Assembly: GCA_964016885.1 (NCBI GenBank)
Contig: OZ024750.1
Span: 36,332,001-36,396,000 of the forward strand
Length of the DNA stretch: 64,000 bases
Reading direction: 5' to 3'
Source: Eledone cirrhosa
Taxonomy: Eukaryota
Position 1 is the stretch's first letter, and every line of letters begins with the position of its first letter. This document shows positions 53,548 through 64,000 of this stretch, one piece after another. The translations under genes and the position numbers were made by a program. Below the pieces are notes generated by a model, which searched no databases, was not told where the DNA came from, and saw only the letters and a program-made list of their open reading frames with translations.

Positions 53548-55721
53548 GAAGCCCCCAACCCACACATATAGGAGAAGACACAGACAAATCACGTGGTACA
53601 ACCCACCCTACTCAGCGGCCCTAAAGAAAAGCTTGGCCCGATTATTCTTTGGAGCACTTGACAAATGCTTCCCGAGGGACCACAGATACCACAGGATCTT
53701 CAACAGACACACTGTGAAGCTTTCGTATTCCACCACGAGAAATTTGGCCCAACACATAGCTAGCATCAACAGAAGTAGGCTTAAAAAACACACACAACCA
53801 GAAGATGGCAATACAAACACTCAGCAGAACCATGTGAAATGAGGGAAGAGGGGACCCAGAGCCCACCCAAGAAACACAAACAGACCCAAGGACCCCCCAC
53901 CGAGCATGGGGGAAGACCAACATGTAACACATAATGAGAACCCTAATCTAGGCACGCAGAGGCCGACCACCCTCTGCAACTGCAGAAACCCCAAATCATG
54001 CCCCCTTGGTAATGAATGTCTCAAGAAGAACCTAGTGTATGGTTGTCGGGTTAAAACCCCCAACTCCGAACACCTCTACATAGGACCCACATCAACGAGC
54101 TTTAAGGACCGCTGGTACAACCATCGCCATTCATTCAAGAAGGAGTCCAAAAGGAAAAGCACAGCTCTCTCCGACCTGATCTGGAAGCTTAAGCTGGACA
54201 GGACCCCATACTCTCTGGTCTGGTACATAATCAGGAAAGTACCACCCGATAAAGGGGGATCTTGCATATGCAAACTATGCCTGAACGAGACCCTCGAGAT
54301 ATTAAGAGGTGGAAGCGGCCTGATAAACCTCAGAACCGACTTCTTCGGGACATGCAGACACCTTAGAGCCGGCACCTTTCTCAAGATATATGGACAGTAG
54401 CAACACAAGAAGATGTGAACTCCCCTCAAGCTATAGGGACTTCTACAGAACATGAAAACACCTCTCGGCCAGACCTCCCTCAAGCTATATGGGCAATAAC
54501 AACACCCTAGGTTGTGAACTCCCCTCAAGCCACAGGGAACAACCCAGGCAGAGCAGACACCATGATAGCCTAGAGATAGAATCGGACACAGCCATAATAA
54601 TTTGGCCAACATCTATAACACAAACACTTTTAATTTACCAGATTTCTGACTTTCAAGTTCCAATCTTAAATCTTGATTTCTCTTTATTAATTTGTTTTCT
54701 GTTTTCTGCCCTCTTCACTGTATCATCTTATATTTATTTTAAGTTGAGATAGATTATAACACAAACACATTGAATATCTCATCTTAACATCTTGTCTCAT
54801 ACCAATCTATCCAACATATTCTGACCTTGAGATTGGTTATAGCACACACACACACACTTTATCCTACATTATTTCTCACCTCTCCATATACATTATCATT
54901 ACTTTTTCACCAATCTCTCATTTACTCTTTATTCTTTATTCTCTATTTATTTATTTATTTTCAAATTGCACAAATTATATTAATTACTTTATTATATTAT
55001 TTATTTATTTTCTATTTTCTTCATTTATTGCCATATATTTCTTCATATACATGAAAGAACCCCCCCCCCCCCCCCACCACCACCACCACTACGATGGTGG
55101 CGGGAGGGATGAAGAAAAAACACAAACTTGATACTTCTAAATTGTTAGCAGCAGCAGCAAGATATAAGCTGACCACTACAACAACAACAGTACCAAAATA
55201 ATGGTGGAGGTCAAATGTACTGAACAATATCAGGCAAAAACACTACAGGGAGCCTCACCCCAGAAAGAATTCTGTAGACTTCTGACTGAGGAATGCTCTC
55301 AGAACTGAACAATGGGAAGTTTGACACTTTTTTTGTTATTTTGTTATTTTGTTCCTTTAACACCTTGTCCCTTCTACCATTTTATCAATTTTTAAGCTAA
55401 CTCCAACAATAACAACACTTAGAATGAGGAATGTTCAAATAACTGACCAATGAGAGGAGAAGGGGACCTGTGCCACTGAAATTCGTTTGTTTGAATTCAT
55501 ATGACTCCAGTTCCCCAGTGAATTAACAACCCAACAAGGAACTGGGCATATCAGAGTATTGACAATATCATACACCTAAACAACATATGTACTTGTCTAT
55601 ACCATACTAATTCAAACTGCCTGAAGAGGTCACAGCCAAAGATGGCTGTCACTGAAATATATATAGCAGTAATAAACGAAGCTAAATTTTAATCATTTGA
55701 CTTTTATTTAACTTTATTTTA
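53548..55721 (+). mobile_element. Penelope-like element 3' portion (right arm): linker, GIY-YIG endonuclease, long 3' UTR, pLTR
   Basis: RQITWYNPPYS...K(L/I)SYSTTRNL; CNCRNPKSCPLGNEC..NLVYGC...LYIGPTSTSFKDRWYNH...CKLCLNE...CRH. Confidence 0.93.
55616..55670 (+). ncRNA. Minimal type I hammerhead ribozyme
   Basis: ACTGC-CTGAAGA-GGTcACAGCCA-AAGA-TGGCTGTcACT-GAAA-TATATA-TA-GCAGT, followed immediately by AATAAA. Confidence 0.85.
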
Positions 55722-55859
55722 CACTACTCCGGAGTAACCAAACCAACCTGCGCACTTCGTCGAGTGCTCCAGCCTGCATACTGAGGTGTTGGTATACAAC
55801 CAACATAAACTCAAAATCTATATATAGATATATATAGATATATATATAGATATATATAC

Positions 55860-55927
<68 letters not shown>

Positions 55928-55929
<2 letters not shown>

Positions 55930-56730
55930 CATCATCATCATCATCATCAACGTTTAACGTCCGTGTTCCACGCTTGCATGGGTTTGGACGGGGGTATTCC
56001 CACTTGAGGCAAGAGTGATTGTCTTGCTCGCATAGGACTGTCTGGCAGGTTTTCTACAGTTGGATGCCCTTCCTAACACCAACCACATTTACAGTGTGGG
56101 TCTGGGAGGTTTTACCGTGTTGCCTACACGGCCACATTACAGCGTGGACTGTGTGTTTTTTTGTCGTGACACCTACACGATCTCATTTGTTTCGGCCTCG
56201 ATGGCGCGGCACCAACATAACTTTACATAGAACGGGGTGGTGTGGATGGGGTGGGGGTGGTGGTGGTGGGACGGGGTGTATTTTGTTAGAGATGCCTACT
56301 GGCTGGAGTAGGTTTTACTATATATTTAGGTAAGGCGGGTCTTCTCTGTTACTGAGTACCGCCAAAGGTCTCGGTCCAGTGACATTGTCTTGGAGAGGTG
56401 TAAGTGTGTGATGTCGGAGTTTATCAGCTCGTCCCAGTTTTTTCTAGGTCTGCCTATTCCGTGACTACCGTCTATCTTTATTGCCCTGCACTTTGTTATA
56501 CAGCTATCGACTTTCATGCGCATCACGTGTCCATACCAACGTAGTCTTCTCTCGAGTAAACAACATCTGATCCCTCTTATCTCTAATTTTTTCCTTAGTT
56601 CGTTTATGCTTTGCTGTTCACGTATATTACTGTTACACATCCAGCGGAGCATGCAAGCTTCGTTCCTCTCTAGTCTGCGTATATCCTCTGCACACAATGC
56701 CCAGGTCTCACTGCCATGCAGCATTGCTGT
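55928..56730 (-). mobile_element. Young RTE LINE 3' fragment
   Basis: [10 protein letters not shown]...TEKTRLT* plus the 3' UTR, nearly identical to the other two young copies. Confidence 0.95.
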
Positions 56731-58330
<1,600 letters not shown>

Positions 58331-58664
58331 GCGGCCACCCCCCCCCCTCTCTCTCTCTATATATATATGATAGGAATTCACTTCGCCAAATTTCATTGCT
58401 TGCTGTCTCAACCCCACGATATTCATGTAACGTAATGTACAGATTTCATTTCTCTCCCTCCACAAATCCTAATTCTAGCGTATTTTCAAAACAATCCATA
58501 TTTCGTATCAAGTCCAAATAGCCAATCTATCGCTAAAACAAACTACATTTTCTGTTTCTATTAATTGTTAAATACGAAAGTTTTTGGTCGTATTGAACAG
58601 AACAAATTTTGTATTTTTGTTAATCGCTTGTTAAATGCAAGGACCCCATTCAATCATTACCTTC

Positions 58665-61600
58665 TAGCTAGCTACCCCCCCACCCCCACGCACCACCATT
58701 GCTACTACGTGGACCAATCATAAAACAGAGCCCCCACGCATCACCAGTATTATTACGCGGACCAATCAGAAGCCAGAGGCCTATACTATCGCTTGCCTGG
58801 TTGCCTTTCGATATATGATGGATGGATGGACTGCGGAATCCTGGAGAGTGGAGGAGAGAGAGAGAAAAATCTGGACGCTCAGCGACAATGCCAAAGATAA
58901 AGACAAATTCACCTCTTGGACGAGAATGCGAGCACTCCTCATTGTTTCGACCGCGGACGGCTAACATAACCCCATCGCCCCCCACCGCCCCCAACCCCCA
59001 AACGCAATCCAAAACTTCAGAGTTGGTACCATAAATGTAGGCACCCTAAAGGGTCGCGCTAACGAGGTTGTAGAAATGCTTGAACGTAAGGAGGTCGATG
59101 TTTGTTGTATTCAAGAGACCAGGTGGAGGGGTGGGTCTGCTAGGTTCATTGAGGGTAAAAAACGATGTTATAAGCTTTTCTGGGTGGGAAACGACGATGG
59201 GCTGGGTGGAGTAGGAATCATGGTAGCAGAAAAGTGGGCAGATAAGATAATAGACGTAAATAGAGTGAACGACAGAATAATTAAAATACGACTTGTCCTC
59301 AATAGAACTACGGTGACAGTAATATCTGCGTACGCACCCCAATCCGGACTGCCCGGCACTATAAAAGACAGATTCTATGAGACACTGATGCTAACTACCT
59401 CCCAAATATCCGACAGTGACTATATAATTATCGCAGGCGACCTAAATGGTCACGTTCGACAACATTGTGACGGCTACGACGAAATCCATGGAGGCTATGG
59501 GTTTGGTACTAGAAATGAGGAAGGCTCCAGAATCCTGGAATTCTGTGATGCAAATAACCTAACTATCTGTAACACTAACTTCAAAAAACGTGACAATCAC
59601 CTGATCACCTATAGATCCGGGGAACACACAAGCCAGGTAGATTATATCCTTACCAGAAGATGTGACAGAGTGTCTGTTGTAAACACTAAATCCCTCCCCC
59701 ATGAAGAATGCACCTCCCAACATAGACTGATAATTAGCGACCTCATAGTCAGGACGAGACGTACTCGACAGCAGAAGAGGACTATCCTCAGGAGAAAAAT
59801 ATGGAAGCTAAAGGACCCCACAGCCAGGAATAAATTTCAAAGCATATTACTTGATGCTTTCGACAGTAAGGAAGAACATTTAGAGTCGGACAATATAGAG
59901 GGAGAGTGGGAATTTCTGAAAGCAAACCTGCTGTTGGCGACAGACGAAGTCTGTGGCTGGAGCAGGCCTGTAGGCAGGAGGAGAGTAACATGGTGGTGGA
60001 ACAGTAAGGTGGAGGGGTCAATTAAGGCCAAAAAGCAGGCTTGGAAAGTATGGCGGGATGGGGGAAGTAGAGAGGACTATCAAGTGGCCAGGAGGGAAGC
60101 TAGGAGACAAGTGTACTTAGCAAGAAGGGAAGCTGAGGAAAGAAAGTTCAAGCATGTTCTACAACGCGATGACCAAAAACGTGAGGTGTTCAGGATTGCT
60201 AGGCAATGCGTCAAGGAAAACCGTGATATTGTCGGGGAGAAGTGTGTACTAAACGACGATGGCACACTTGCCATCACCGACGCTGATAAGAAGGTAGCTT
60301 GGAAGTGTCACTATGAAAGGCTACTAAATGAGGAGAATAAATGGGAGAAAGACAGTCTCCCCCATATCGACCCAATAGAGGGACCAGCAGTGTTAGTCGA
60401 GGGGAGTATAATAAGTAAGGCAATCAAGGATATGAAGACGGGTAAGGCGGCTGGGCCTTCGGAAATAGTTGCTGAGATGCTGAAGGCATCTGGCACGGTG
60501 GGACACACCATGGTCACCCGCATAGTTAACCAAGTCGTACAGAATGGGGTTGTTCCGAAGGACTGGCATAGCAGCATCATCGTTAACTGTTATAAGGGTA
60601 AAGGAGACGCCCTAGATAGGAGTAACTATAGAGGCATTAAATTAATCGACCAGGTCATGAAGGTCACGGAAAAAGTAATAGCGCAACTAATCAGAGAGAG
60701 AATTGACCTAGATGAAATGCAGTTCGGGTTTGTGTCAGGCAAAAGTACCACAGACGCTCTTTTCATAGTACGACAACTACAGGAGAAGTACCTAGCTAAA
60801 GGTAAACCCCTCTACTTAGCTTTTGTCGACTTGGAGAAAGCCTTCGACAGAGTCCCCCGCTCCATTATCTGGTGGGCTCTTAGAAAACTAGGCGTTGACG
60901 AATGGATTGTGAGGGCTATACAAGCCATGTATAAAGAAACAGTCAGCAAGGTTAGAATTAACAACGAATATAGTGAAGAGTTTAGCGTAAAAGTTGGCGT
61001 CCATCAGGGCTCTGTTCTCAGCCCACTACTATTTATTATTGCCCTTCAGGCTATAACAGAGGAGTTCAAGACAGGCTGCCCATGGGAACTCCTATACGCA
61101 GACGACCTGACACTCATAGCGGAATCAATGGCCGAGCTAGAGAAGAAATTCCAAACATGGAAGCACGGCCTAGAGTCAAAAGGACTTAAAATTAACCTGG
61201 CTAAGACCAAAGTACTAGTTTGTAGGAAAGAAAACAAGGCGGCGGTCCCTTCTGGGAAATGGTCGTGCTCGGTGTGTAGGAAAGGCGTAGGTAGAAACTC
61301 CATTTTATGTCCTAAACGCAAAGTATGGGTGCATAAAAGGTGTAGTGGGATCACAGGTAAGCTAACTAAGAACATAGATTTTACATGTGGCCGGTGCTCT
61401 GGTGCAATAAGTAGCAGCAAGTGCCCACAAAATACTAGCTCTTTCAATTGCGCAGAGGGTTCTATAGAAATAGTGGACAGCTTCCGTTACCTGGGCGATA
61501 AAATCAGCAGTGGGGGAGGGTGCTCTGAAAGTACTGTAGCTAGAGTCAGAACTGGTTGGAAAAAGTTCAGAGAGCTTATACCACTATTAGCTGCTAAAGG

Positions 61601-62451
61601 GTTCTCACTAAAAATGAAAGGCAGGTTGTACGATGCCTGCATACGAACAGCAATGCTGCATGGCAGTGAGACCTGGGCATTGTGTGCAGAGGATATACGC
61701 AGACTAGAGAGGAACGAAGCTTGCATGCTCCGCTGGATGTGTAACAGTAATATACGTGAAAGGCAAAGCATAAACGAACTAAGGAAAAAATTAGAGATAA
61801 GAGGGATCAGATGTTGTTTACTCGAGAGAAGGCTACGTTGGTATGGACACGTGATGCACATGAAAGTCGATAGTTGTATAACAAAGTGCAGGGCAATAAA
61901 GATAGACGGTAGTCACGGAATAGGCAGACCTAGAAAAACCTGGGACGAGCTGATAAACTCCGACATCACACACTTACACCTCTCCAAGACAATGTCACTG
62001 GACCGAGACCTTTGGCGGTACTCAGTAACAGAGAAGACCCGCCTTACCTAAATATATAGTAAAACCTACTCCAGCCAGTAGGCATCTCTAACAAAATACA
62101 CCCCGTCCCACCACCACCACCCCCACCCCATCCACACCACCCCGTTCTATGTAAAGTTATGTTGGTGCCGCGCGATCGAGGCCGAAACAAATGAGATCGT
62201 GTAGGTGTCACGACAAAAAAACACACAGTCCACGCTGTAATGTGGCCGTGTAGGCAACACGGTAAAAACCTCCCAGACCCACACTGTAAATGTGGTTGGT
62301 GTTAGGAAGGGCATCCAACTGTAGAAAACCTGCCAGACAGTCCTATGCGAGCAAGACAATCACTCTTGCCTCAAGTGGGACTACCCCCGTCCAAACCCAT
62401 GCAAGCGTGGAACACGGATGTTAAACGTTGATGATGATGATGATGATGATG

Positions 62452-62453
<2 letters not shown>
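58665..62453 (+). mobile_element. Apparently full-length RTE-clade LINE
   Basis: 5' UTR with two GGACCAATCA motifs, a short upstream ORF, a long APE-RT ORF, a 3' UTR and an (ATG)n tail running into (TA)n. The 5' boundary is approximate. Confidence 0.93.
59076..62051 (+). CDS. RTE LINE ORF2: APE endonuclease, reverse transcriptase, PHD-like zinc finger
   Basis: IQETRW, GDLNGH, VDYIL, SQHRL (APE); QFGF, FVDLEKAFD, GVHQGSVLSP, LLYADD, YLG (RT). The frame is open from 58965 and includes RVGTINVGTL upstream of the first ATG. Confidence 0.95.
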   Translation: MLERKEVDVCCIQETRWRGGSARFIEGKKRCYKLFWVGNDDGLGGVGIMVAEKWADKIIDVNRVNDRIIKIRLVLNRTTVTVISAYAPQSGLPGTIKDRFYETLMLTTSQISDSDYIIIAGDLNGHVRQHCDGYDEIHGGYGFGTRNEEGSRILEFCDANNLTICNTNFKKRDNHLITYRSGEHTSQVDYILTRRCDRVSVVNTKSLPHEECTSQHRLIISDLIVRTRRTRQQKRTILRRKIWKLKDPTARNKFQSILLDAFDSKEEHLESDNIEGEWEFLKANLLLATDEVCGWSRPVGRRRVTWWWNSKVEGSIKAKKQAWKVWRDGGSREDYQVARREARRQVYLARREAEERKFKHVLQRDDQKREVFRIARQCVKENRDIVGEKCVLNDDGTLAITDADKKVAWKCHYERLLNEENKWEKDSLPHIDPIEGPAVLVEGSIISKAIKDMKTGKAAGPSEIVAEMLKASGTVGHTMVTRIVNQVVQNGVVPKDWHSSIIVNCYKGKGDALDRSNYRGIKLIDQVMKVTEKVIAQLIRERIDLDEMQFGFVSGKSTTDALFIVRQLQEKYLAKGKPLYLAFVDLEKAFDRVPRSIIWWALRKLGVDEWIVRAIQAMYKETVSKVRINNEYSEEFSVKVGVHQGSVLSPLLFIIALQAITEEFKTGCPWELLYADDLTLIAESMAELEKKFQTWKHGLESKGLKINLAKTKVLVCRKENKAAVPSGKWSCSVCRKGVGRNSILCPKRKVWVHKRCSGITGKLTKNIDFTCGRCSGAISSSKCPQNTSSFNCAEGSIEIVDSFRYLGDKISSGGGCSESTVARVRTGWKKFRELIPLLAAKGFSLKMKGRLYDACIRTAMLHGSETWALCAEDIRRLERNEACMLRWMCNSNIRERQSINELRKKLEIRGIRCCLLERRLRWYGHVMHMKVDSCITKCRAIKIDGSHGIGRPRKTWDELINSDITHLHLSKTMSLDRDLWRYSVTEKTRLT

Positions 62454-62538
<85 letters not shown>

Positions 62539-62543
62539 TATAC

Positions 62544-62621
<78 letters not shown>

Positions 62622-62642
62622 TCATATATATACATATATATA

Positions 62643-62690
<48 letters not shown>

Positions 62691-62726
62691 TATACATATA
62701 TATATATGTATATATATAAATATATG

Positions 62727-62766
<40 letters not shown>

Positions 62767-62770
62767 TATA

Positions 62771-64000
62771 ACTGCAGCAGCTTTCCAGTGACACCAATAT
62801 TGGACAGCTTTCTCAGTAGATTGTTATGATCAACCCTGTCAAAGGCCTTGCTGAAATCAAGGTAGATAACATCAGTGTTGGAACCCTCTCCCAAGGCTCT
62901 CAAAATGTCATCAAATTGATGCAGTAGCTGCGTCAGGCAATCCCTTCCATTACGGAATCCATGCTGGTTGGAGTTCAGCATATTGTTACTCTCACTAGAG
63001 ATTAAAAAACATAACCTCCAAAACAACATAATGTCCCTTATCAACAATCAGAGAAGAGCTGAAGAGGCCTGGGCCATTGAGAAGATCAAACTCAATCCCA
63101 AAGTGTTCTTTTCATTTGCAAAAAAACACAAAATCACTGGCTCTACTGTTGGCCCTCTAATTGATGAAAATGGCACTCTTCAAGACAATGCTAAAACCAT
63201 GGGTGAGATACTGCAGAAACAATACTGCTCTGTTTTCAGCAATCCTGATATGGCTGATCTGGGCTGTATCGGCGATGTTACTCCCCATTACACCTTATCG
63301 GACATAACGTTTGGCGCCCCTGATGTCTTGGCGGCAATAAAGGAAATCAAGCATAATTCAGCAGTAGGTCCTGATAGGTTCCCTGCTTGTGTCTTGAAGG
63401 CGTGTCAACACCAACTTGCTTCTCCTCTTGCCAATCTGTGGCGGAACTCACTGGATGCTGGATATGTGCCAGAAAACCTTCTATCCCAGTCTGTTGTCCC
63501 AGTTTTCAAAAAGGGAAACAAATCCCTTGCCGTGAATTACCGTCCAATCTCACTCACCTCTCATATCATTAAGGTATTTGAGAGAGTGGTGAGTTCGCGA
63601 ATGACCCACTTCCTTGAGAGTAACAATATGCTGAACTCCAACCAGCATGGATTCCGTAATGGAAGGGATTGCCTGACGCAGCTACTGCATCACTTTGATG
63701 ACATTTTGAGAGCCTTGGGAGAGGGTTCCAACACTGATGTTATCTACCTTGATTTCAGCAAGGCCTTTGACAGGGTTGATCATAACATTCTACTGAGAAA
63801 GCTGTCCAATATTGGTGTCACTGGAAAGCTGCTGCAGTGGATCAAGAGCTTCCTGTCAAACAGAACCCAACATGTTGTAGTTGAGGGAGTCAAATCAAGC
63901 CCAGCCAAAGTCAGTAGTGGGGTCCCACAAGGCACTGTGTTGGGCCCACTTCTCTTCATCATCTATATTAGTGACATCACTGACATCATCAAACACAGCA
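62771..64000 (+). mobile_element. CR1-like LINE RT fragment with a 5' inverted duplication, running off the window edge
   Basis: The frame from 62998 reads IKLNPKVFFSF...NYRPISLTS...QHGFR...[13 protein letters not shown]...GVPQGTVLGPLLF. 62771-62996 is the reverse complement of about 63614-63838. Confidence 0.92.

Noticed and set aside
52465-54612. 178-aa antisense ORFs and the identical 81-87 aa ORF pairs in palindrome arms
   Set aside because: These are shadow frames duplicated by the inverted repeats and contain no domain motifs.
58340-58820. HDV-like ribozyme at the RTE 5' end, known from some RTE elements
   Set aside because: I could not build the nested double pseudoknot by eye. A descriptor search is needed.

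Overview
This is eukaryotic, AT-rich, repeat-saturated intronic or intergenic DNA, and I could not support any host protein-coding exon. The repeat inventory suggests an octopus-like cephalopod (inference). It contains: (TA)n/(CA)n microsatellites and minisatellites; one full-length RTE-clade LINE (APE endonuclease, RT and an embedded PHD-like finger) with several young and old fragments; CR1-like and R4/Dong-like LINE remnants; two tRNA-derived SINE families; and piggyBac-, mariner-, hAT- and Helitron-like non-autonomous elements. The main signal absent from the ORF track is a dense set of Penelope-like element (PLE, probably Naiad-type) 3' ends. They carry at least nine recognisable type I hammerhead ribozyme motifs from six different sequence families. 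Four PLE insertions are fold-back palindromes (arms about 0.1, 0.17, 1.4 and 2.2 kb), and three of these have an outward-facing hammerhead near the tip of each arm. All coordinates were read by eye, so repeat boundaries may be off by several bases.
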